Of a stretch of 64,000 nt of DNA, positions 41,401 through 51,705 are shown in pieces. Position 1 is the first letter of the stretch. Every line of letters starts with the position of its first letter. This stretch comes from Chiloscyllium plagiosum (taxonomy: Eukaryota). Position numbers and translations under genes: made by a program. The DNA lies in assembly GCF_004010195.1 (NCBI RefSeq), contig NC_057746.1, forward strand, positions 28,925,861 through 28,989,860, written 5' to 3'. The notes under the pieces are model-generated. The model did no database searches. It was not told where the DNA came from and saw nothing but the letters and a program-made list of their open reading frames with translations.

Positions 41401-44400
41401 AGCAGGGAGCTTCAGTTAACTTGCTCTGTAGTGCCACTAGATGGCCAGATGTTGCAATCACAGTCTGACTGTTGATGTAGAAAAATAGAATGGGAACTGC
41501 TAGCGCAGGTATTTGTTGATCAGAAATGCTGGCAATAGATCAGGACTTCACATCCTGGCTAGATTTTCTTAATAATACGTTAGTTATTGCTGCCATACTT
41601 AAAATGGATTTGGCTTTATTCTTTAAGAAAACCCTGGCGTGAAAGCAAAATTTGTTGATAGCGTTAAGTGTATTGAGTGGGTTTTATTCACACATTTTCT
41701 CTTCACTGTTTCATTTCAGAGCAATGGAGACCTCTGGTCCAGTCAGGTATGATACCTGTGTGAATGCACAATGAAAAGAATCTTCAGTTGTCATTTGTAC
41801 AAATGATTTGGATATGAATACAGGAGATATAGTCAGTATGTTTACAGATAACACCAAAATTGGTTGTCTTGTGGACAGCGAAGAACATTACCTCAGAATA
41901 CAATAGAACTGGGATTAGATGGGCTATTATACTGAGGAGTGACAATGGTTCTTGAGTTTAATTTCGATAAATGGGAGGTGCCAAATTTTGGAAAGTCAAA
42001 TTAGGGCAGAACATATACACTGAACGGTCCCGGGGAGTGTTGCTGAACAGAGACCTTATGTTGCAGGTTTGTAGTTCCTTGAAAGTGGAATCGCAGATAG
42101 ATAGGATAGTGAAAAAAGCATTTGGTATGCTTTTCTTTTTTTTTGTCACTGCATTGAGTATTGGGGTTGGGAGGTCAAGTTGCGGCTGTACAGGACATTG
42201 GTTAGGCTACTTTTGGAATATTGTGTGCAATTTTGATCTCCCTCCTATCGGAAGGATGTTGTGAAACCTGAAAGAGTTCAGAAAAGATTTACAAGGATGT
42301 TGCCAGGGTTGGAGGGACTGAGCCATAGGGAGAAGCTGAATAGGCTGGGGCTGTTTTCTCAGGCACATCAGGAGCTGAGGGGTGACATTAGAGGTTTATA
42401 AAATCATGAAGGGCGGGGATAGCCAAGGTCTTTTCCCCAGGGTGGGGGATTTCAAAACTAGAAGGCATAACTTTAAAGTGAGATTTAAAAGGGACCTAAG
42501 GGGCAACATTTTCATTGCAGAGGGCGGTGTGTGTATGGAATGAGTTACTAGGGGAAATGATGGAGACTGGTACAGTTACAGCATTTAAAAGAAACCTGGG
42601 TGGATATATGAATAGGAAGGGTTTAGAGGGATTTATGCCAAATGCTGGCAAATGGGAAGAGGTTAATTTAGGATTTCTGGTCAGTATGGATGAGTTGGAT
42701 TGAAGGGTTTGTTCTGTGCTGTACACCTCTATGACTCCAAGAATCTATCAACGTTTGTATATTTTTTTGATGTTAGCCCAGTGTTAATTGCGTGTGTGTG
42801 CGTGCATGTGCGCCTTTGCCTTTGGCTACCCACTGTGGGTCAATGTCTTTGCCTTTCGCTACCCACTGTGGGTCAATGTCAGATCCTTGGTGTACTGAAA
42901 GCCACAATGTACTTTGAATGTTGTCGTGTTTTGAGAGTACTACAGTTTATTAGTTATCTTCAGTTACTATTTCTGTGTTACTTTTGCAGAGTGGAACAGG
43001 ATACGGAGCTATGCAGGTAAGATTGTCAATGTAGGTAAGACCTCACACGATACTGCCCTAACCACCATCTTTTGGATCATCAGAAGGATTTACAAGATTA
43101 CTTATCAATTTCCTAGGTCGTGTTATAGTGCAAATTCAACAGATACAAGTTGTGAAGTGACCCATTGTACCATAAGACCTCCTCAGGAGTTTAAGACAGT
43201 TTGACAGCTCTATTGGCATTTTGTCTGACATCACATTTTTATTCCTCAATTTTTTTTTCAAACTAACCCAGAAGGATATGATCTCACCTTTGCTGGACTT
43301 TGGGTGCAGCAACAGAATCACGACAGGCGTTTTATACAGGAAGATGCAAATTGGTTGGGTCATCTTTGGTGTAGAGGTGAGGCTGGTGGATTCTGATTGG
43401 TCAGGGAGTTGCCTGGAAATACAGCAGAGGATTGGTTGCCTCTGTGAACCTGGATTTATGACCAAAAGTGAAATATATGCACAAATTCTTGTTACTGACA
43501 TGCAATAGGATCTTGTGTATTTATATGTGTAACTTCCAGCATGTTTAAATGCATCTGGTTGTATGTGCCCAGCTGATGATCTTAAATTGGTCTCTGGTAT
43601 AACTTGTAGCACCATCTGAATTATTTACCAAATTATTTCCAATAGCAGAATCACACCCTTTGATGGATATATTTTTCTGAGGCTTGCAAATACAGGGTGG
43701 TAAATAAGCTGGCAATGGTGAAAGAGCTCTCAATGGAAATGCTTTCAATACGTGGCTTTTATAATTCTTTGTGATGGTGAAAACGTCCTTCACAATGGAT
43801 GTGGAAAACTTATTTTGAACTGTTTGCAACAGGCCTAGCAATCTTTTGACCAATTCGTGTTGTGCAAAATCAGTCAGTGATAAAATGGGATATATTTGCA
43901 GAACATTCTTCACACCCTTGGGAAAATTCTTCATGACCAAAGACCTAAATGTTGGCAGTATTGTTGAAAATGTGATTGAAGTTTGAGCTGGTAACCTTTA
44001 GACTTCAGAAGAATGAGAAGGAACCTCTTTGAAATATATATATTTCTGAGAAGGCTTGGCAGAGTAAACACTGTGAAGCTGGTTCCCTGGCTAGTGAGTC
44101 TAATCCTTACACTATGGAAAAAGCCAATTCTGCTCAGAGCCTGCAGTGACCCTTCAAAGAGCATCCCATCTGGATCTGGCCCATTGCCCTATCCCGGTAA
44201 CCCCTCATTTACCATGGCTAATGTCATCCTTAAAGCCTGTCCATAAAGTTACAAGTCAGGAGTGGGGTAGAATACTCTGCCCTTGCCCTGGATGGGTGCA
44301 ACTCCAACAATACTCAAGAAACTTGACACTATCCAGGACACAGCAGCCCTGCTGCACTGGCACTACACCCACAATCATCTACTTTCTCTACCTCCGTACC

Positions 44401-47400
44401 AGCAGTGTGTACTATCTTACAAGGTGCACTGCAGAAATTCACCAAAAAATCCTAAGATAGCACCTTCTAAGCCTACAACTATCTAGAAGGACAAGGTAGC
44501 AGATCCATGGGTGCAACACAACAATCCAAGCTCCCCTCTGAGCCACTCTCTATCCTGACTTGGAAATATACAGTAGTCCCCTCGTAACCGGGAGGGATCC
44601 ATTCCAGGATTTATTGCAGAAGGCTGAAACCGCGGGTAGAAATGGAGCCATTCATTTAAAAGGGAAATGTATCTTCCTGGCAGACTCCTTGTCCCTCGTT
44701 GTGGAAGGTTCCCTTTTATATGTTCGGGCTGCGTGAAACCATGGTAACCAGACCCATGGATATGGGGTCGCCCTGTATTGCCATTGTCGCTTGGTCGAAA
44801 TCCCAGAATGTCCTCCATAATGGCATTGTGGATCTACTTACAGCAGGTGGACTGCAGAAGTTCAAGAAGGCTTTACACCTTCACACATTTAGGGGCAACT
44901 TGGGATGGGTAATAAATGTTTGTCAGCCAGCAGTGCTCACATCCTACAAATACATTTTTTTAAACTCCACCTAGCCTGCATATCCCTAGACATAATAGAG
45001 CAGGTTTCTGGATGTCGATTTGTTCACTGAGCTAGAAGGTTCATTTTTCAGATGTTTCATCACCATATTAGGTAACATCATCAGTGAGCCTCTGGATGAA
45101 GCACTGGTGGTGAAGCCCACTTTCTCTTTGTGTTTGGGTTTCCTAGGTTTGGTGATTTCATTACCTGTGGTGATGTAATTTCCTTTTCTTTTTATCAGGG
45201 GGTTGGTAAATGGGATCCATGTCAATGTGTTTGTTGATAGAGATCCGGTTGGAATGCCATGCTTCTAGGAATTCTTGTGCATGTCTCTATCTGGTTTATT
45301 CTAGGATGGATGTGTTATGCCAATTGAAGTGGCGTCCTTCCTCATCTGTATGTAAGGACACTACGTGAGAGTGGGTCACATCCTTTTGTGGCTAGTTAAT
45401 GATCATGTATCCTGCTGGCTAGTTTTCTGCCTTTTTGTCCAATGTAGTGTTTGTTACAGTTCTTGCAAGGTATTTTGTAAATGATATTGGTTTTGCTTAT
45501 TGTCTGTTTAGGGTCTTTCAAGTTCATTAGTTGCTGTTTTAGTGTGCTGGTGGGTTTGTGGGCTACCATGATGCCAAGGGGTCTGAATAGTCTGCCAGTC
45601 ATTTCCAAGATGTCTTTGATGTAGGGGAGAGTGGCTCGGGTTTCTGGCCGTGTTTTGACTGCTTCTTTGGGTTTGTAGCTGAAAAATCAGCAGACTGTGT
45701 TCATTGAATACAGGATACATGAACATCAAATAACCACAAAAAGACATGACCCGCTCTCACTAGCATCCTTACATACAGATGAGGAAAGACACCACTTTGA
45801 CTGGGATAATACATCCATCCATGACAAGCCAGACGAGAATTATGAGAAGCATGGCATTCTAACTGGAACTCTATCAACAAGCACATTGACTTGGATCCCA
45901 TTTAGCATCCCCTGAGAAAAAGAACAGAAAATGGCGACATCATAGGAAATGATGTCACCAAACCAAGGAAACCCAAAAACATAAGTAGAAAGTGGGCTAC
46001 ACCAGCAGTGTTTCATCTGGAGGCTCACTGACGATGTTACGTAGTGCAGTGACAAAATGTCTGAAAATGAACCTTCCAGCTCAGTGAGCAAACCTACTTC
46101 CAGAACCTTAACCTGAGCTACAAATCTTCTCAAAACTTGAGAGCAAGTTTTAGCTAATCCACCTAACCTGCACAACTTTGGACTGTGAGAGGAAATTGGT
46201 GCACTCAGTGGAAACCCACATAGATATAGAAAGAACATGCAAACTCCACACAGACAGCCATCCAAGGTGGAATCGAGCCTGGGTCTTGGTGCTGAGTCCG
46301 CAGTGCTAGCCGCTGCCTGACTTGAAAAGGTAGGTGGGGTCAGATATTTTGGATTGAGATGAGGAGAAATGTTTTTACTCTGAGATTTATTAATGCTCAG
46401 AACTCTGTAGCCTAAAGATCAGGAGATGCCCAATCATTGAATACATTCAAGGGTGCAATTGATAGAGCTTTTGTCAGGATATTGCTGACATGGGAGGTGG
46501 GCCTTGCTGTTGAAGCTGGCATTTGGTGTCCATGCCTAATTTCTCTTGAGCTGATTGACTGACTGATCTCTAGGCTATTTCAGAGACAAGGGGATTGAGA
46601 TTTGGTGGATAGTGAAGTAACTTGGGAGACAGATCAGTGATGTGTGGCATTTGTGTGTTCTTCCCACGGCTGCTTGGGTTTCCTATTGGGTGCTCCAGTT
46701 TCCTGTGACAGTCCAGAGATGTGCAGGCTGGGTGGATTGGTCATGCTGTATGCAGAATTATGCAGATGGGATCAAGGTCTGTTTATGGATGGGATGCTTT
46801 TGAGAGGATCAGTAGTAACATGATGGGTCAAATGGCCTCTTTCCATACTATGGGGGTGCTATGATCGTACTGATCAATGGAGCAAACTCAAGGGGCTGTG
46901 CAGTCTGTTCTTGCTTCTATTTCTCACCTTCTTGTGTTCTTTCCTAGCCCATGTAAAGATGGACCCTGAAACAGCCAACACATGTCTGATGGTGTCTCCA
47001 GACAGGCTGAGTGTGCAAGCCGGAGATGCACAGGATGTCCCCAACAACCCGGAGCGGTTTGACTCTGTCCCTTATGTGCTGGGCGCAGATGGTTTCACGG
47101 AAGGGGCCCACTACTGGGAGGTGAAGGTGGCTGACAAGTCCTACTGGGATGTAGGTGTCACCAAAAGCTCAGTGCAGCGCAAGGGCATGCCTGACCTGTG
47201 CGCCGATGCTGGGTTCTGGACGATTGGGAAGGATGGTGAGCCATATGGAATAAGTGATGCGCAACGCTCCAAAGTCACGGTAACGACCAGTCCTGGAACG
47301 ATCGGGGTGTTCCTGGAGGTGGAGGCAGGAAGGGTGTCTTTTTTCAATGCCGATGACATGTTCCATCTTTACACATTTCAAGTCAACTTCTCAGAAAAGG

Positions 47401-47465
47401 TCTACCCATTCTTTTGGCCTGGCTGGGACAAGTCACCCTTAACTGTCTGTCCAGTCAAGAACTAG
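26363..47465 (+). CDS. Gene 2: complete butyrophilin-like type I membrane protein (SP-IgV-IgC-TM-long helical linker-B30.2), 544 aa, 16 coding exons
   Basis: Exons 26363-26402, 26725-27099, 29684-29968, 31010-31129, eleven 27-nt exons and 46948-47465 sum to 1635 nt. All junctions are GT-AG phase 1 with no internal stop. The domain order is diagnostic of the BTN family. Confidence 0.92.
26725..27099 (+). CDS. Gene 2 IgV exon (B7/BTN-type)
   Basis: FAVTGP...VVLDCQL..MEVRW...YRGRTELF...GNLSLRLKDVQVSDGGQYKCFV; acceptor ctctctccag|, donor |gtcagt. Confidence 0.97.
27779..28090 (+). mobile_element. V-domain SINE (HE1-like); further copies at about 35864-36160, 46150-46318 (-), 55460-55790 and 62767-63090
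   Basis: tRNA-like head, V domain, gggccgaagggcctgtttcc tail and (taatc)n end. Confidence 0.88.
28490..29240 (+). mobile_element. CR1-clade LINE 3' fragment
   Basis: QRDLGV..LYKALVRPH motifs. Confidence 0.8.
29684..29968 (+). CDS. Gene 2 IgC exon (BTN-type)
   Basis: GTGRQPRIELEG...IRLGCRSEGWYPQPPVLW...GLFTVSNSI...YTCVINN; acceptor ttgcag|, donor |gtcagt. Confidence 0.97.
30751..30776. other. Assembly gap (others at 31865-31975 and 32802-32827), all in pyrimidine-rich intron tracts
   Basis: N runs. Confidence 1.
31010..31129 (+). CDS. Gene 2 transmembrane exon (DSFFPGVSRWLTAFWILFALIVVAVALAVWYHWKLQNKIQ)
   Basis: 120-nt phase 1-1 exon with hydrophobic helix. Confidence 0.93.
33078..33104 (+). 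CDS. Gene 2 micro-exon 1 (EHERLLGDM)
   Basis: attacag| 27 nt |gtgagt. Confidence 0.85.
34052..34696 (+). mobile_element. Probable solo LTR; related pieces at about 980-1460 and 19880-20840
   Basis: TG...CA ends, internal AATAAA, similarity among the three loci; no TSD confirmed. Confidence 0.45.
34818..34844 (+). CDS. Gene 2 micro-exon 2 (EQEKRKVNE)
   Basis: ctttcag| 27 nt |gttagt. Confidence 0.8.
35003..35029 (+). CDS. Gene 2 micro-exon 3 (EYQRLHQEI)
   Basis: tttttaacag| 27 nt |gtaaga. Confidence 0.85.
   Translation, partial: SIKDCTRR
35334..35360 (+). CDS. Gene 2 micro-exon 4 (ENAKQAGKK)
   Basis: ccatttcag| 27 nt |gtgagt. Confidence 0.85.
37190..37216 (+). CDS. Gene 2 micro-exon 5 (ECEELQQLY)
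   Basis: ctcttcag| 27 nt |gtaaga. Confidence 0.85.
37400..37710 (+). repeat. Degenerate ~60-65-bp tandem repeat (gggagctttactctgtatctaac...ggagtgtttgat)
   Basis: About 4-5 recurring units. Confidence 0.65.
37857..37883 (+). CDS. Gene 2 micro-exon 6 (EKKMAIIIA)
   Basis: ttttttacag| 27 nt |gtaagc. Confidence 0.85.
38040..39080 (-). mobile_element. Two CR1-clade LINE 3' fragments
   Basis: LYRALVRPHLEYC..RFTR; 3' tail at about 38640. Confidence 0.8.
39433..39459 (+). CDS. Gene 2 micro-exon 7 (EHEQFKKQV)
   Basis: tattacag| 27 nt |gtaagt. Confidence 0.85.
39540..39890 (+). repeat. ~31-bp minisatellite (ctcagtctgtgctcaggctgggggcctgttt), about 11 units
   Basis: Directly visible tandem units; explains ORFs 39409-39954 and 39543-39794. 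Confidence 0.9.
40012..40038 (+). CDS. Gene 2 micro-exon 8 (DEERESEKA)
   Basis: tcttacag| 27 nt |gtatgt. Confidence 0.85.
40829..40855 (+). CDS. Gene 2 micro-exon 9 (EYQKLRTEF)
   Basis: attcacag| 27 nt |gtgagt. Confidence 0.85.
41720..41746 (+). CDS. Gene 2 micro-exon 10 (EQWRPLVQS)
   Basis: catttcag| 27 nt |gtatga. Confidence 0.9.
41790..42740 (+). mobile_element. CR1-clade LINE 3' fragment
   Basis: RT C-terminus and VWNELL..FKRNLG motif. Confidence 0.85.
42990..43016 (+). CDS. Gene 2 micro-exon 11 (EWNRIRSYA)
   Basis: ttttgcag| 27 nt |gtaaga. Confidence 0.9.
45005..46130. mobile_element. Penelope-like element with inverted terminal-repeat arrangement
   Basis: GIY-YIG NIIYKIPCKNCNKHYIGQ..RIHDH on -; about 45010-45410 is an inverted copy of about 45713-46100. 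Confidence 0.85.
46948..47465 (+). CDS. Gene 2 B30.2 (PRY/SPRY) terminal exon, intact
   Basis: ttcctag| AHVKMDPETANTCLMVSPD...NNPERFDSVPYVLGADGFTEGAHYWEV...IGVFLEVEAGRVSFFNA...FSEKVYPFFWP..LTVCPVKN*. Confidence 0.95.
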
Positions 47466-50400
47466 TGAACTGCTGTCTCATTAAACATTAACATGGTTAA
47501 GACCGGCACATTAATTTTACCAGTGTCACTTGCTAACAAGTGCTCTGGAAGGGTCTATGCTTTTAAAGTACCTTTCAAATGGTCTATAATCATGAAGTTG
47601 ATGGGAAAGCAATGACCAAGGTCAGGCTGCATATTGACCAGGAATCTAATATGGCCAGGTTCTAAGGGCAAAGGCTTGGTCAAATTCTTTGATGTTTGGA
47701 CATTAGACCCCCAATTTTTGAAGTGAAGCCATCCACAAAGAGCTCATTCTCTGAGGATTTTCTGAGTTGCCTTGAGGAAAATTGATGCAGAAAGAACCAT
47801 CACGCCGGTCGCAAGCCAAGGAATTCTCATTGAAAGACAAGAAATCTTGCATGCTGCAATCTAAATTAGTCAGGAAGGAGGCTGGAAGAAGTCAAGTTTT
47901 TGGGTGTAACCCTTGTAATCTGCCCTCTGTGCTCTGCCCTCTATGCTCTGCTCTCATTTGACAACATTGTCATGCTGTTCCAAGACATGGGCAAAGATGG
48001 GTTTTGCGGAGATGCGATGAAACTGTACGACAGCTGTTCCACTAAATACTGCCGATACTTTCTTTTTGCCAAGGAACTTGTGGATAAAATTATTTCTGAA
48101 AAACAAAATAATAATCATAAGGCTCTTCTCCAAGGAAAATAATGAACAAATGAACTAGGATAAAAAAGGCCAAGCAAGACAGGCTGACCTTCAGATAATG
48201 AAGTACGATGGTAATGGATGCGAGAACCCTTGATTGAATATAATGACCTGGTGCTGTCTGATTCGCGACTGATTCTGAAGCGAGGTGTGTGACAGGAGCT
48301 TAAGCAGTTAATTTACCAAGTGCAGCAAATTCAAATGTTGTGTTGGAAAGATACTACAAATAGGAGGGAAACTATGGACGCCAATGAAGGTTGTTGCTCG
48401 GACATTTCATCAGTTCAGTTAGCAAGGCCCCACAAACCTTTGGGGCTCCCCTTCTCACAGTTTTCAGTCTGTGGCCCCCTTTAAATGTGGGCCTAAGGAG
48501 GCCACATGGCTCCTGTTGAGAACGGCTGAACTAAATGTTAAGTTCTGTGAAAGAAGAGAAAAAAATTGTAATGTTACTCAGCTCAACAAGGACGCATTGT
48601 CCCTGAATATGAACTGAATACCATCTAGTCCATTCAGGAACAATGAGGCTGTTCTATGTAAATCCTGTTGTGCCATACACTCTGCACTCACAGGATTTAA
48701 AAGATGACTACTCTTTCTATGTAATGCATTGAATTTTGTAATGTTTTTATTTACAATGCACTATTCATAATATCTATTCATGACTTGAATGACAAAGCTG
48801 AATGAATCGCAACTATTTGCAAATGGGATCACATCAAGTGGGAGGGCATGTGTTGAGTACCTGGGAAGGAAGCTTGGATTAAAATTGTCTCTTATTCATT
48901 CATGGGAAGTGGGCATCACTAGCTATACCAGCATTTATTGTCCATCCCTGTTTGTCTAGAGGACAATTAAAAATCAACCAAATCGCTGGGGAAACTGAGT
49001 CAAATATAGGGCAGTCCAGGTAAGGACAGCAGTCTCCTTCCCAAAGTTTGGAGGTGCCTGTGTTGGACTGGGATGGATAAGGTCAGAAGTCATATTACAG
49101 CAGATTATAGTCCAATAGGTTTATTTGAAATCACAAGTGCTGCTCCTTCATCAGGTGAAGTTTTCTGACAATTGTTAATGATTTTTGTGGTCATCATTAG
49201 ACCCTTAATTCCTAATTTTCAGACTTCACCATCTGACATGGTGCCCCTATATTAGAGCCAGAATGTCTGGGTTCAAAGCCCTCTGGCTCTAGAGTTATGT
49301 CACAGCATGTCTGAACGGACTAATTACAAATAACTACAATATTATGAGTATTGATAACTCAATATTTCAAAGTAGAGACTAAAAACATTGACCACATCTG
49401 AATGAATGTGCAAAGGGAATTTTTAAAGGTCTTGTGTTCTCAAATATTTAATCAATCAAGCAATCTGAGTATCACTGGCAAGGCCAGCATTTATTTCATA
49501 TCCCTGACTGCCCTCAAGATGATAACTTTTCAAATTTATCTATAATAACATTTCTATTAAATTATGTGCTATCTTCAGTGCTGATCTTTTTTTTTTAGGA
49601 GAGATATTGCCTGAGTAGTAACTGCAAACTTTGATTCAGTTGTGCTGAGTCAGAAACTTAATAAAATATGTGTAGGGTATACCTGTCAATATCAATCTTG
49701 AGGCTTTCAAGTGACTGGCTCCCCACAAAGGATCGTGGATAGTGAGTTCCAAATTTCCACTAGCCTTTGTCATTAGAAATTGCTTCTTGATTTTATCCCC
49801 AAATGTTGGCCTGATGTCCAAGACAAAAGTACAGAAAGTGACAAAGATTCAGTCTCGCAAAGTGTGAGGACATGTGTGTGGGGAAGGTGGGAACACACAA
49901 CAAATGAACATTACAGTGGAAACATGTGCATAGGTCTCTGCAGATAGCAGGGCTGGCAAATAGTACCGCTCTCTCATGAGAGAGGGACACCTGGTGGTGA
50001 GTTAATCTGACGGCCACCATGCTTTAGGAAAGGGGAAAGGTTGAGAAGGGAAGTCCTTCACAGTTACTTCAACCAACTAAAATGTCGCATCAGTTTGTAA
50101 GGCAAGCCAGCCATCCTACCAATTGTGCAAAGTGGCTATTGTCTTGGTTGCAGCCAGTAAAGGAATGTAAATTATTACTGATTAACTGTTAGTGAGATTT
50201 CAGAGTGCTCTCTCGGGAATCTTGACTAATTACAGCAAGCGTGTGATCACATCAGCAAGGGTGCAGAGGAGATTTAAAACAGTGTTATGGAACTGGAGAA
50301 TTTTAATTATGGGAGAGGCTTGTTTGAAATAGAGTAGGCGGAAGAGATGGATGATATGCGGTGTATAAAATTGTGAGGCCCAGATAAAGAGTATAGACAG

Positions 50401-51172
50401 AGGGCAAATACTAGGGGCCAGAGATGTAAAGTAATGGAAGGAGAATAATGGACAGGGTTTGCACCCGGCGGCTGAGGACCAGGACCTCACTGCCAGAAAA
50501 AGAGGTTTTTGAGCTTGTTCTCTCTCCATGGATACTGCCTGATCCGCTGTAAGGTCCAGTATTTGTTGCTTTCACCACAATAGATTCAGAAACCCTTTAA
50601 CTTTAAAAAAGTTTTTTTTTTAAATCACACAACACCAGGTGAAAGTCTGACAGGTTTATTTGGAAGTGCAAGATTTGGGAGATCTGCTGCGTCGTCAGGG
50701 AGCTGGTGGTGCAGGATCATGGGACACAGAATTTAGAGCAAAAGGTCTAGTCCAACACCGGCATCTCCGCATCATACTTTAAAAGGATAAATTGTTTAAA
50801 GAACTCAGGATAACGGTGTTAAGTGCTTCGAGTTTTTAGCCGTGAGGCCCCTGCGATGAAGTTATACCTCAAATCTATTTTTAGTTTAAAAATAGCTTTA
50901 TTTGTGCAATTTACTGAGAACAGGACAGCCGCGGCCCTGCCAAGATATGTCATGTAGCGCCACCTCCCGCCTGTGGAGCAACATTACAGGCAGGAAGGTC
51001 CCCGGGTTCCTGCAGCTCACAGCTCACTCTACCCAGTCAGTCCCTCTCTACAATTGAGCTTCTATTTGTTTCTTCTCTCCCCCTCCTTCTTTCCCCCAGA
51101 CTGAGACTGACCCCCATCAGTTTACAGCTGGCAGGAAGCAGTAGGACGGGATGAAATTATGGGATGGATCTG

Positions 51173-51705
51173 TCAGTGCCCTTTAATCCCGCAGATTGTC
51201 GGGGGGGGGGGGGGGGGAGTTTTTCCCGCTGTCATTCCATTCCGAATGGAACAAGGGGAAGACCCTCTCAGTGAAAGTGTGGAGATGGGACATGGTGTCC
51301 GCATTGTAAAATGACACCTGTCCACTCTCATAGTCCAGGAAAACCCCGATCTTCCGGGGATTCACACTCAGGGAGAGGGGATTCCATGTGGGGGCAACAT
51401 AACTATCTCCAGGAATCAGCTCCACATTCCAGAATCCTATCCCCTCCTGGAAGACTCTCAGACCACTCCCACTCTCCACGCCGTCTTCCCTCCCACCTCC
51501 ACCTCCACCTCCCAGTAATGTCTCTCTGATGTGAATCTCTCTGATGTGAATCCCTCTGATCCCAGGACACAGAGCCAGGAATTAAATCTCTCCGGAGAGT
51601 CAGGGAGCGGCTGCTCTGTGTCTCCGAGTCTCACACTGGTCCGGTCCTCAGACAGGATGAGCAGGGGATGCGCTGTGTTTGGATCCAGAGTCAGAGAGGC
51701 TGGAG
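51173..51705 (-). pseudogene. Orphan decayed TRIM-type B30.2 exon (inverted paralog of 9472-10015)
   Basis: Same [13 protein letters not shown] start and CGIKGH* end. It has an in-frame TGA at 51458-51460, a frameshift, a 15-nt duplication ([10 protein letters not shown]), a 6-nt duplication (EVEVEV), a 12-nt deletion and a poly-C expansion. Confidence 0.92.

Noticed and set aside
43136-43940. Minus-strand ORFs of 159 and 131 aa in the last intron of gene 2
   Set aside because: No recognisable motif; possibly old transposon debris; needs BLASTX or Dfam
46948-47465. Claim that this B30.2 binds phosphoantigen like BTN3A1, or a specific BTN ortholog name
   Set aside because: Cannot be judged without structural alignment and phylogeny; no gene symbol assigned
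47640-48530. Coding-like sequence after the gene 2 stop, ending in a hAT-like terminus (gttgagaacggctg)
   Set aside because: Broken frames and no partner TIR found; may be 3'UTR or a decayed DNA transposon
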